64,000 bases of DNA, from positions 35,246-99,245 of the forward strand of contig CAYZTD010000002.1 of assembly GCA_964481275.1 (NCBI GenBank), written 5' to 3'. This stretch comes from an uncultured Thermoplasmatales archaeon. GTDB taxonomy: Archaea; Thermoplasmatota; E2; DHVEG-1. Under the pieces are notes generated by a model that was not told the DNA's origin, searched no databases, and worked only from the letters and a program-made list of their open reading frames with translations. Shown here piece by piece: positions 22,160-31,552 of the stretch. Position 1 is the stretch's first letter; each line of letters starts with the position of its first letter. The position numbers and the translations under genes were made by a program.

Positions 22160-22597
22160 ATGATTGACGAAAAAAATCAGAAGATATTAGAAGAGTTAAA
22201 GAAAAACTCAAGAAACTCAACAAAAAACATCTCTAGAAATACAGAAATTCCACGAGTAACCGTACACGATAGAATTAAAAAAATGACAGAAGAAGGAATA
22301 ATCAAAAAATTTACAACAATTCTAAATTATAAAAAAATAGGACTTCCAACAGAAGTATTTATTTTTGTTTCATTCCAATCTGGCCTTGATATCTCGCAAA
22401 GAGAACTAGCAAAAAGAATATCCAAGATAGAAGGAGTATATGAAGTGCATATAATTTCAGGAGAATATGATTTATTACTAAAAGTTAGAGGGGAATCTTT
22501 AGAGGACATAGGTAAATTAGTAATAGATAAACTAAGAAGCCTCAAAGGAGTTGGAAACACACTTACTTTTTCGTGTTTTGAAACAATAAAAGAATAA
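22160..22597 (+). CDS. Lrp/AsnC family transcriptional regulator
   Basis: 145 aa. N-terminal HTH (ILEELKKNSRNSTKNISRNTEIPRVTVHDRIKKM) plus a C-terminal RAM domain. Divergent from asnA. Confidence 0.85.
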   Translation: MIDEKNQKILEELKKNSRNSTKNISRNTEIPRVTVHDRIKKMTEEGIIKKFTTILNYKKIGLPTEVFIFVSFQSGLDISQRELAKRISKIEGVYEVHIISGEYDLLLKVRGESLEDIGKLVIDKLRSLKGVGNTLTFSCFETIKE

Positions 22598-22627
22598 GTA
22601 ACTCCTTTTTATTACATTTTTATTAAT

Positions 22628-23596
22628 ATGAAAATATTTGTAACAAGAAAAATACCAGAAGAAGGATTAAAAATTCTTAGAAAAAATCATGAAATTGAAG
22701 TAAATTCACGTGACCGAGTGCTTTCTAAAAAAGAAATCATCAATGTAATTAAAGGAAAAGACGGCCTGTTGTGTCTTTTGACAGATCAAATAGATAAAGA
22801 AGTAATTGAATCAGGAAAAAAACTCAAGATGATATCAAACTATGCAGTAGGATACAACAACATAGATGTAAAAACCGCTGCAAAACATAAGATCCCTGTT
22901 AGTAACACACCTGGTGTTTTAACAGATACAACAGCAGAAATGGCATGGGCACTACTTTTTTCTGTTTCAAGAAGAATAGTAGAAGGAGATAAATTTACAA
23001 GATCTGGAAAATTTAAGGGATGGGCCCCAATGTTGATGCTCGGCCAAGATATATCAAATGGTACACTAGGAATAATTGGCGCAGGAAGAATTGGTACAGC
23101 TTTTGCAATGAAAAGCAAGGGATTTGAAATGGAAATTTTATATTATGATAAAAAAAGAAACAAAAAACTAGAAAATGAATTAAACGCAAAACAGGTATCT
23201 CTAAAAGAACTCTTACAAAAATCAGATTTTATATCAATTCACGTTCCTCTTCTTAAATCTACAAAACATATGGTGGGTGAAGAAGAATTTAAAATTATGA
23301 AAGAAACAGCTGTATTTATTAACACCTCACGCGGATCAGTTGTTGACGAAAAAGCGCTTGTAAAAGCACTTAAAAACAAAAGAATCTTTGGCGCAGGTCT
23401 TGATGTATATGAAAATGAACCTAAAATCACTGAAGAACTAAAGAAATTAGATAATGTTGTACTTCAACCTCATTCAGCATCAGCAAGTATAAAAACTCGT
23501 ACTAAAATGGCAGTAATTGCGGCAGAAAACATGATAAAAGGATTAAAAGGTGAAAAACCACCTAATTGTGTAAATCCTGAAATATTTAAAGAGTAA
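22628..23596 (+). CDS. D-isomer-specific 2-hydroxyacid dehydrogenase (glyoxylate/hydroxypyruvate reductase-like)
   Basis: NAD-binding GxGxxG (LGIIGAGRIGTAFA). Catalytic-domain signature (NTSRGSVVDEKAL...GAGLDVYENEP). Confidence 0.85.
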   Translation: MKIFVTRKIPEEGLKILRKNHEIEVNSRDRVLSKKEIINVIKGKDGLLCLLTDQIDKEVIESGKKLKMISNYAVGYNNIDVKTAAKHKIPVSNTPGVLTDTTAEMAWALLFSVSRRIVEGDKFTRSGKFKGWAPMLMLGQDISNGTLGIIGAGRIGTAFAMKSKGFEMEILYYDKKRNKKLENELNAKQVSLKELLQKSDFISIHVPLLKSTKHMVGEEEFKIMKETAVFINTSRGSVVDEKALVKALKNKRIFGAGLDVYENEPKITEELKKLDNVVLQPHSASASIKTRTKMAVIAAENMIKGLKGEKPPNCVNPEIFKE

Positions 23597-24224
23597 AAGT
23601 CCAAATCTCAGGTTCTTCTGGTAAATCTTCTTTTTCTATATCTATTTCATTTCCCACATGAAGAACTTTATATTTGTTTTCTTCTAAGAAAGGATCAATA
23701 TTATCTATAGGAAGGCTAAGACCACCAATTTTATAATGCATAGGGATAGCAATTTTTGGTTTTATTTTTTTTATAGTATCCCATGCTTTTTTTGCATCAA
23801 TAGTAAAAGTTCCACCTATGGGAATAAATAATACATCTATCTCTCCAATTTTATCAATGTGTTCTTCATCTAGATCATGGCCGAGATCACCTAGATGACA
23901 AAAAGTTATATAATCCATTTTAAACTTAAACATAATATTACTTCCACGTTTAGCACCACCTGCCTCATCATGAAAACCTTCGACCCCTTTTATTTCTATA
24001 TTATCAATAGTGCGTTTACGACTATCTTTTATTATTTTACTATCAGTTTTTTCAACTGATTTAACACTGTTATGGTCGTAATGGTCATGAGAAACTAAAA
24101 TTATATCCCCCTGAACAATAGGTGCGGGAATTCCAATGGAGCGTCCATCATGCGGGTCAGTAACTAACGTTTTGTCATTTGTAATTTCCCAACACGAATG
24201 ACCATGCCAGCGTATTTGTAACAT
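23586..24224 (-). CDS. UPF0173-family metal-dependent hydrolase (MBL fold)
   Basis: LQIRWHGHSCWEI start typical of UPF0173. VSHDHYDHN metal-binding motif. Start taken at the internal Met, since the ORF track's N-terminal extension is unlikely. Confidence 0.8.
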   Translation of the reverse strand: MLQIRWHGHSCWEITNDKTLVTDPHDGRSIGIPAPIVQGDIILVSHDHYDHNSVKSVEKTDSKIIKDSRKRTIDNIEIKGVEGFHDEAGGAKRGSNIMFKFKMDYITFCHLGDLGHDLDEEHIDKIGEIDVLFIPIGGTFTIDAKKAWDTIKKIKPKIAIPMHYKIGGLSLPIDNIDPFLEENKYKVLHVGNEIDIEKEDLPEEPEIWTFTL

Positions 24225-24342
24225 ACTCTTTTTTCCTCCCCGGTAAAAAATAGACAACACAAATTGATTATAAAAAAATTATGGAAAATGATGAATCTGA
24301 GTTTAATATTTGTTTAAAAAATTTAGAGAATAGATTATAGTT

Positions 24343-24993
24343 TTAGTTATAATACACTGTTATCTCTTCACACTCCATAAAAATAATACTTCTTGGAACT
24401 TCATAATCGATAAGCCATTCATACCACCAACAAGTAGCCACGCAATTATCTAACATAGAGTGTACGTTATCTGGATTTACTCTTTTATGAGTAAATTCAA
24501 TTTTATGTTTCTTATTTTTTAGGTCAAATAATTCTTCTCTATTGTAGTTCTCAATTGATGTACCGTAAAATAATGTTTTTTCTTCGTTTGCTTCTTTAAT
24601 AAACTCGATTGTCATGTCAAATTTTGTTCGAAATACTGAAGGAATTGAAGGGAAATCTGTCTCTATACCTCGTTTATCAAAAAATTTTATGAGAGATACT
24701 ATAATAGGAGTTAGTGTTGGTACTTTTGAAAGTTTGTTCTTGATCTTTAAATTTGCAGTTCCGCCCCCTGTGATATCTATAAGACTCAAAGGGTTTTTCC
24801 CATCCAAAAAAATTTGTAATTTTACATCTCTAAATGTTTTAGATTCACTATATGATTGGCTTTTTAATTGGGTATCACAAAGATCTTTAGGTTCTTTATT
24901 TTTTATATTTGTGAGATTTGATGCATTAACATTTACTATGCTTAGTATCAAAAATATTGATACGACTATTAGTGTAACTATTTTCTTTTTCAT
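24343..24993 (-). CDS. hypothetical secreted protein
   Basis: Signal peptide (MKKKIVTLIVVSIFLILSIVNVNA). Shares promoter and 5'UTR module with 6517..7323 and 28481..30163. Confidence 0.45.
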   Translation of the reverse strand: MKKKIVTLIVVSIFLILSIVNVNASNLTNIKNKEPKDLCDTQLKSQSYSESKTFRDVKLQIFLDGKNPLSLIDITGGGTANLKIKNKLSKVPTLTPIIVSLIKFFDKRGIETDFPSIPSVFRTKFDMTIEFIKEANEEKTLFYGTSIENYNREELFDLKNKKHKIEFTHKRVNPDNVHSMLDNCVATCWWYEWLIDYEVPRSIIFMECEEITVYYN

Positions 24994-25028
24994 TTATATC
25001 ACATCATTTCATATTTTTATATATATTT

Positions 25029-25075
25029 ATGGATAATAATATATAAAGTTTATAGAACCTTTATCCTATTTCTTA
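25029..25075 (-). promoter_or_regulatory. BRE/TATA promoter module, near-identical copy of 7441-7490
   Basis: GGATAATAATATATAAAGTTTATAGAAC....ATCCTATT on the plus strand. In gene sense this gives AAAC+TTTATATA about 40 nt upstream of the ATG at 24993. Confidence 0.45.
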
Positions 25076-25117
25076 CAATAATAGAAAATTCGTAGAAAAA
25101 ATGCATTCTGAACAATT

Positions 25118-26164
25118 TTAAGGCCTTAATCTACCGAAACAAATATACTCAACACCATCATTCAAAATTCTTGAAAAAACTATTTCTTTATTAACTGAAT
25201 GAGCAAGACGAACAGCTCTACTAAACTCTGCCCAGATGCTTTTAAATTTTTTTTCTACAACATGGACCAAATATTCAGCATGAATTTCATTAGGATGATC
25301 TGTATAAACACGAAAATGAGTTCCAAACTTAAAACCAGTTTTTATAACAAGCCCTTTTTCTTTCAAATCTTTATAAACTTTAAAATGAGATAAAATATTA
25401 GGTTGATTTATTTTAGCGGTTTTTAGAAATGATCTCTTAGAAACTTTCTTTTCATCTTTATCTACTAAAGAAATATTTTTTTTTTCAAAAAGATATAACG
25501 CTTCAATAAAAGAAATTTGTAAACCAGATCCAAAGGGCTTACCGAAAAACTCTTTTTCAAATAAATCTTTAGATTTTTTCTTATCAAAAATAATAACTCT
25601 ATCATCTAAAATAAGACCTTTTATTTTACCAAAAGTAAAAGGTTTATTTTCTCCTTTTAAATTTGTATGAGAAACCTTGTAGTATGTTATATCTCCTTCA
25701 TCATCAACAATGGCTATCCATAAAAAAGAATTATCTGAAATATTTTCCAATAAAATATGTGTTTTATCTATTTCAAAGAAATCCCTTTCAGAAAAAACAC
25801 AGACAAAAAATCTTTCTCCATCACTTTTTTTGTTACATTTATACAAATCAAACATACTATCTTTTTCACATATATTTACCATTTGTCCACGTTTTCTAAG
25901 ATCTTTAAAAACCATATATTTTATTTCAAAATCTTTTATATTTTCTGAAGCAATTTTTATAAGTGTTTCAAAATCAACTTCTCTTTTGTTATGAAAAATC
26001 TTTATTTTTTCTTCATCGAGTAAAAAAACACTTTCAATTAAATTAAGTTCAAGTATATTGCCTGAAAGAGGCTTTCCCATATTACTTTTATTATAAAGTC
26101 TACCAATATCTTTTGGTTTTTTTATAATTACTCTATTATATTCTAATTCAGCTTTGATTATCAT
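25118..26164 (-). CDS. endA: tRNA-splicing endonuclease, two-domain (homodimeric alpha2-type)
   Basis: 348 aa. C-terminal catalytic unit with the conserved Tyr/His/Lys context (GTHFRVYTDH...HAEYLVHVV...RLAHSVNKE). The N-terminal half is a degenerate repeat of the same fold. Confidence 0.75.
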   Translation of the reverse strand: MIIKAELEYNRVIIKKPKDIGRLYNKSNMGKPLSGNILELNLIESVFLLDEEKIKIFHNKREVDFETLIKIASENIKDFEIKYMVFKDLRKRGQMVNICEKDSMFDLYKCNKKSDGERFFVCVFSERDFFEIDKTHILLENISDNSFLWIAIVDDEGDITYYKVSHTNLKGENKPFTFGKIKGLILDDRVIIFDKKKSKDLFEKEFFGKPFGSGLQISFIEALYLFEKKNISLVDKDEKKVSKRSFLKTAKINQPNILSHFKVYKDLKEKGLVIKTGFKFGTHFRVYTDHPNEIHAEYLVHVVEKKFKSIWAEFSRAVRLAHSVNKEIVFSRILNDGVEYICFGRLRP

Positions 26165-26191
26165 TTTAGCATAATAAGAAAAACTAAAGGG

Positions 26192-28333
26192 TTATTTGTT
26201 TTTTTTGTAATAGTCTCTTATACTTTTTGGGATTTCATCATCTGGATATTTGTAATCTTTTTTCTCTGAAGATTTGTATTCTACAAAACCGTCGTATTCT
26301 ATTTTTTTCTCAGCCTTCTTTTTCTTTTTTTGTTTTTCTTTACCTGAAAAATCTATGCTACCTATCAAGATACCTACTCCTATACCTATGACTAATCCTA
26401 TAAAAATACCTCCAAAAACTATCCATATAACGTTTTCATAGACATTTTTTCTATCTGGTATTCCTACATTTTTAAAAGATCCCGTTCCACTTGATAGATT
26501 TGTAAAGCTTAGAGCTCCTGCTATCATACCACTATATTTGTAATATACAAGAGCAGAATTATAGGCTGATTCATTTCTAAGACTTTCAGCGTATTCATAA
26601 TAGCTTACAGCAAGGACTGGTTCAATTCCTTGTTTTCTAATTTTTGCAATATTTTTATTTGCGCTTTCGCTTGCCAAGTCTAATTTTTCTTTTACATTTG
26701 TACCAATTATCTCTATTGCAATATTTGCCTTTACAAGTGCTTCCAATGCTTCAAATAAAGATGCTGCAGTGTATCCTTTATCAAGATCATCTTTTGATGT
26801 ATCTAATAAATCATTTGCTTGATCTAGATACTCTGCTGAATCATCAGAAATACTACCCATTTCTCCAAGAATTACTTCAGAATAAATTACAGATTGTTGA
26901 ACTTCTTCTATATATTCTAATGCAAGATTTTCAATGGTATCATTGATTTCTCCTTCTGTATCATTAAATTTATTGCCGATATCAATCCACCAGTGAACGC
27001 TATTACATCTTTCTACGACAAAAGATATGCTATATAAAAAGTCCATTAGTTCAGAAAAAGAAGAAAAACCTTTACCATCATATATTTGTTTTGCTGACTC
27101 AAGATATTCTCCAGCCTCTGAAGCACGTCTTTGTGCTGCACCCACTGTCTGTAAAGTTATAACCCCATCTATTTCTGCATTTTTTGCCAATTTACTTACG
27201 TTGTTATGTAATGAGTCGACCTCTGTAAGTAGATCTTCAATCCATTCTTTATTTCCGTCTTCATAATAATCACATGTGTAAGATACAAATCTAGAATATA
27301 TCAAAGACTGAAATGATTTACTTGTACTAGTGTAGTAAAGACTTTCATTATACCACTTTTTAGAGCCTTCTAGCGTTTCTTCTGCTTTGTCTAATTTATC
27401 TTTGATATCGTTTCTATAATAATTTGGAAAGTAATTAGGTATACTAGATTCATCAAACTTTTCACTAGAGTTTTTATATGATTCTTTTGCCTCTTTTAGA
27501 AGTGTAGTGGCTAAGGGTTTTATTGAACTATTGTAATCTTCTGTTGTTATCGGTTTATTTGATTCTTCAAAATCAAATCTATTTCCTGTAAAATATTCGA
27601 CTACATCATTAATATCTTCCACTTCGTTTACTTCAATACCATAGTTTTCCATTGCATAATCTGTAACATTTTTAGTAACTGGTTTTGTAATTGTTCTAAT
27701 CCATCCATTGTTGGATTCGGTTGTTGTTACCATTTCAGTATAAGTACTCTGGCCCTTTGGTATTAAAAACCTATTAGCTCCGACAGTATCTGCTGCATCT
27801 ATCTTTTGAGTTATGCCACCAACAGGGCCAATACTGCCATCTGGATTTATCATACCTGTCATAATTGTTCTATTATCCATATCCCACTTTTCAAGAAGAG
27901 AAACTGTTGCAGTTGCCATAATGCCACCTGCAGAAGGACCCCCAATTATTGGTGCATCTGTTCTTACCACAAAAAAATAATCATATGAATTTGGGTCGAC
28001 ATCGCAGTTTTCATCGTTTCTTACTAGAGAACTTGCAACTTTTACTGCAAGACGCGCAGATCCCTGCATATCAACCTGAGTTAATGGAAGTGTATCAACA
28101 AAAACACGCCCAGTCCCGTTGTTTTGAATAGATACGGTAACCGTTGATATAACACCGACATATCCTTTATTTGTTGTTGCCACAGCTGGAGCATATACAT
28201 TTATGCTGCGGTAAACATTTGATCTCGATTCTTCATATATTGTACCCGGGGATAGTTCTACAGCATTATAAACTGGTAAAAAAGAAAAAAATAAAGTTAT
28301 TATCAATACTATTGTTATTAACTTTTTATTCAT
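26192..28333 (-). CDS. membrane-anchored, secreted ATP-independent Lon-like (S16) peptidase
   Basis: Signal peptide. S16 proteolytic-domain motifs (GPSAGG catalytic Ser; GGITQKIDAA catalytic Lys). No AAA+ module. Long alpha-helical middle region. C-terminal TM helix plus a Lys-rich tail. Confidence 0.65.
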   Translation of the reverse strand: MNKKLITIVLIITLFFSFLPVYNAVELSPGTIYEESRSNVYRSINVYAPAVATTNKGYVGVISTVTVSIQNNGTGRVFVDTLPLTQVDMQGSARLAVKVASSLVRNDENCDVDPNSYDYFFVVRTDAPIIGGPSAGGIMATATVSLLEKWDMDNRTIMTGMINPDGSIGPVGGITQKIDAADTVGANRFLIPKGQSTYTEMVTTTESNNGWIRTITKPVTKNVTDYAMENYGIEVNEVEDINDVVEYFTGNRFDFEESNKPITTEDYNSSIKPLATTLLKEAKESYKNSSEKFDESSIPNYFPNYYRNDIKDKLDKAEETLEGSKKWYNESLYYTSTSKSFQSLIYSRFVSYTCDYYEDGNKEWIEDLLTEVDSLHNNVSKLAKNAEIDGVITLQTVGAAQRRASEAGEYLESAKQIYDGKGFSSFSELMDFLYSISFVVERCNSVHWWIDIGNKFNDTEGEINDTIENLALEYIEEVQQSVIYSEVILGEMGSISDDSAEYLDQANDLLDTSKDDLDKGYTAASLFEALEALVKANIAIEIIGTNVKEKLDLASESANKNIAKIRKQGIEPVLAVSYYEYAESLRNESAYNSALVYYKYSGMIAGALSFTNLSSGTGSFKNVGIPDRKNVYENVIWIVFGGIFIGLVIGIGVGILIGSIDFSGKEKQKKKKKAEKKIEYDGFVEYKSSEKKDYKYPDDEIPKSIRDYYKKNK

Positions 28334-28480
28334 TTGTTTTGTATACCTCCTTCTTTGGATTTCTAATTTGAATTGCAGGTATGATACATATATCTTATTG
28401 AAAAATCTTTTTACAGTTTTTATGAATGAACATTTCTTTATAAAAAAATTAAAAAAATAGGTTTTTAGGATTGTTTTTTA

Positions 28481-30163
28481 TTAGATAAGGATTTTTTTCA
28501 ATAGAGGTAAGTTTAAAACCTCTATTAATTTTAAAAACAATCCTTTTATAGTGGGATGCATCACTGATTTTAATTTAGGCATAGTTGTTTCAAAAGTATC
28601 CCATCTGCTATCACCAATTGCATCCTGAACTTCAACAGTAACTATGTATGTTTCCTTCTCTTCGTAAGAATGAGATTTTGTTAACTCTGTATCATAGGGA
28701 AATCCCGTAAAGTCATTATTATCAAAATTATAATTTCCGTCTCCCCAGAAAAAACAAAAGAAGTGAATAGGATCTCCATCTGGATCAACAGCATGTGCAT
28801 TAAAATCATAAGATTCACCTACTTTACCTTTTTCTGGGCCACTTAATTCGAGAGCTACTGGATTATTTTCAATTTTAATATCTAATGTTGCTGTACTGCC
28901 CCAAGAAGTGTCTTTTCTTTCAAATTTTGGTGGCTTCCAACACCATAAGTATCTTGTACAATCTAAAATTATATTTACTTTTGTATAAGTCTGGTATCCT
29001 TCAGTAATAAGAGGTTTATAAAATGCAGATCTATCAAGATTTAGTTCCAGAGTAAAGTTACCTAACAATCCTGATTCATCTGTTTGATCTGCTTCATCAT
29101 CATAATTTGCATGAACCATCATTTTTGTTGAGCCGTTATTAATGTCAACAAAATCCGGATGATATGCTCGAATTAAAACTTCTTGATCGGTTTCTACAGA
29201 TGGAGCATCAAAAGTTGCTTTTCCGCCTATAGTTATACCTGAAGGCAAAAAATCATCATTAAAAAATACAATTGCTCCTGTTACTGGAGAGCCATCTTTT
29301 GTTACAAAAACATCAAAGTTTTCTCTTTCCATTATTGAAGAATCTGTAGTTACAACTAAATCCTTTGGAGCGGGGTCATCAAGAACTTTAATTTTTGTAC
29401 TTCCATTAGTAATTATCTCCTCAAAATTATGATCATCTACAGCATTCCAATCCTTAAATGCGTCTATTGTGAACATTTGGTCTGAGTCTACTTCAGGTGC
29501 CGTAAAATTAACTATTCCTGTCGTAGAATTAGTTACTTTTGTTTCACCATTAAATGTTACTTCTTCATTTTGACATGCATTGAACTCATAGGTTGGATAT
29601 CCCTGAAAAGTTACTAAAACACTAAATTCTCCCCCTTCTATAACAGAGGAAGGAGCTTGTGCCAACAATATTTCAGGAGGTTTATCCCATGGTCCATCGT
29701 TCAATATTATTTTTTCTTTTCCAATTCGGATAATATCTCCGTTATTTCTTTCAAGTTCGGCTCTCATTCCAAATTCCCATTTTTCGATAGTAGTTTCATG
29801 GTGGACTGGTGGAACTGGAAAAGGTGCTTCATCCCATTCTCCAATAATATCTTTTACAATTTCGTACTCTGCTGAAAAACGTATGGGATCATTTGCTTTG
29901 TATTTATTAATTGTAAATGAAGAATCAAAAAGTTCAACGGTTGCCCTTTCATTATCATCTTCTTGTGTCGGGTCTATTGTCATCTTTGCAATGATGCCAT
30001 AATCATGTCCTTTGCTAATACTTGATCCTATCTTATTTATATTGCCATTACTGCTTTTCTCTGCTAAATCTTGTTTAAAATTCATTGTTGTAGCACTAAT
30101 ATTAGATGTTGCCAATATTCCTATTACTAATACTAACAATAAATAACTTTTTTTCACACTCAT
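28481..30163 (-). CDS. secreted PKD-domain protein
   Basis: The internal ATG at 30163 gives the signal peptide MSVKKSYLLLVLVIGILATSNISA. C-terminal PKD domain (VDPDGDPI...FWGDGNYNF...YIVTVEVQD). The ORF-track start is a GTG three codons upstream. Confidence 0.55.
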   Translation of the reverse strand: MSVKKSYLLLVLVIGILATSNISATTMNFKQDLAEKSSNGNINKIGSSISKGHDYGIIAKMTIDPTQEDDNERATVELFDSSFTINKYKANDPIRFSAEYEIVKDIIGEWDEAPFPVPPVHHETTIEKWEFGMRAELERNNGDIIRIGKEKIILNDGPWDKPPEILLAQAPSSVIEGGEFSVLVTFQGYPTYEFNACQNEEVTFNGETKVTNSTTGIVNFTAPEVDSDQMFTIDAFKDWNAVDDHNFEEIITNGSTKIKVLDDPAPKDLVVTTDSSIMERENFDVFVTKDGSPVTGAIVFFNDDFLPSGITIGGKATFDAPSVETDQEVLIRAYHPDFVDINNGSTKMMVHANYDDEADQTDESGLLGNFTLELNLDRSAFYKPLITEGYQTYTKVNIILDCTRYLWCWKPPKFERKDTSWGSTATLDIKIENNPVALELSGPEKGKVGESYDFNAHAVDPDGDPIHFFCFFWGDGNYNFDNNDFTGFPYDTELTKSHSYEEKETYIVTVEVQDAIGDSRWDTFETTMPKLKSVMHPTIKGLFLKLIEVLNLPLLKKILI

Positions 30164-30345
30164 ATCTATCACATCATAATTTATACTATATATTATATAT
30201 TAAACCAGATATTATATTTAAAGTTTTTGGAACACTTTTCATATGTCTAACTAAAAAAATTAAAAGCAGAGATGCTTTTACTATATATATATCAACAAAA
30301 CGAAAAAAGAATAAAATAAAAATAGAAAATTATTTTTAAATCATC

Positions 30346-30903
30346 TTACCTTCTAATAAGATCCAAAGAAGTAAGCTCTGCAGATAACTTTTCTACTGCT
30401 TTTGAAACATCTTCAGTTTGTCTGGCACCAGTACATACAATTTTACCAGATCCAAACAAAAGCATAGCAACCTTTGGATCAGATATTCTATATACAAGTC
30501 CTGGGAATTGCTCTGGTTCATATTCAACGTTTTCAAGACCAAGACCCATAGCGACTTCATTAAGATTTAATTCAGTTTCAAGATCACTTATTGCAACAAT
30601 GTTTTGAATGACAATCTTCAACTCGCTATTTTTGTATACCTCAACACCAAGTTTTCTAAGTTTATCTGCTATTATATCAACTGTTGTTTTTACATCTTCA
30701 ACATTTTTTGCACCAGTACAATTTGCTTTACCACTTCTAAAAAGAAGTGTAGCAGTCTTAGGTTCACTTAAACGATATACAAGTCCTGGGAATTGCTCTG
30801 GTTCATATTCTGCGTCTTCTAAAGATTGTGCTATTACATCTAAATCCAGTTTATCTGCAAAAGATGTAGATGCAACAATATTTTCTACAATTACTTCTGG
30901 CAT
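30346..30903 (-). CDS. tbp: TATA-box binding protein (canonical copy)
   Basis: 185 aa with the two TBP direct repeats (EPEQFPGLVYRL...LLFRSGKANCTGAK / EPEQFPGLVYRI...LLFGSGKIVCTGAR). Confidence 0.9.
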   Translation of the reverse strand: MPEVIVENIVASTSFADKLDLDVIAQSLEDAEYEPEQFPGLVYRLSEPKTATLLFRSGKANCTGAKNVEDVKTTVDIIADKLRKLGVEVYKNSELKIVIQNIVAISDLETELNLNEVAMGLGLENVEYEPEQFPGLVYRISDPKVAMLLFGSGKIVCTGARQTEDVSKAVEKLSAELTSLDLIRR

Positions 30904-30921
30904 AATTTTTTCCTCCTTTTA

Positions 30922-31467
30922 TTATAAAGCTCCAATTGATGAAAGATTTTCTTTCATCACATTTATTTCATTTGTTGCTTCATCAATACTTTTTGCTCCA
31001 GTACATACAATTTTCCCGGAGCTAAACAAAATCATTACTGCATCTGAATGTTTCCTTTTATATATTAAACCCGGAAAATCCTTGGGTTCGTAATTTACAT
31101 TCTTAAGTATTAACCCATTTGCAATTGAACTTAGATGCAGATTTTTATATAGATTTAGAGAAGCAACTACATTTTCTATTTCTATATCAAAATCTTTTTT
31201 TATTGAAAGACCTGTTTTATTTAATTTACCTATTGTTTTATTAAATGTTTTTTCCGCATCTTTAATATTCTTTGCTCCAGTGCATACAATTTTTCCATTT
31301 GAAATAACTATTGCCGCTGTCTTTGGATTAGAATATTTAATAGATAACCCTTCGAATTCTGCTGGATTATAAGTTGCACCGGGTATCTCATTTGACAAAT
31401 CACTAATATCAAAAGAGTCGGCGGGTTTTATAAAACATACTATGTTTTCAACGTTTATATCTGTCAT
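30922..31467 (-). CDS. tbp: TATA-box binding protein paralogue (divergent copy)
   Basis: 181 aa with the same two-repeat architecture (NPAEFEGLSIKY...ISNGKIVCTGAK / EPKDFPGLIYKR...LFSSGKIVCTGAK). It is markedly more divergent than the downstream copy and lies 18 nt upstream of it on the same strand. Confidence 0.85.
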   Translation of the reverse strand: MTDINVENIVCFIKPADSFDISDLSNEIPGATYNPAEFEGLSIKYSNPKTAAIVISNGKIVCTGAKNIKDAEKTFNKTIGKLNKTGLSIKKDFDIEIENVVASLNLYKNLHLSSIANGLILKNVNYEPKDFPGLIYKRKHSDAVMILFSSGKIVCTGAKSIDEATNEINVMKENLSSIGAL

Positions 31468-31552
31468 AACTTACAGCCTTCCCTTCCTGTAGTATATAAA
31501 GGGGTCTTATAAACATTATGCCTGTCTCTAAGATAAAAAAATAAATAGAATT

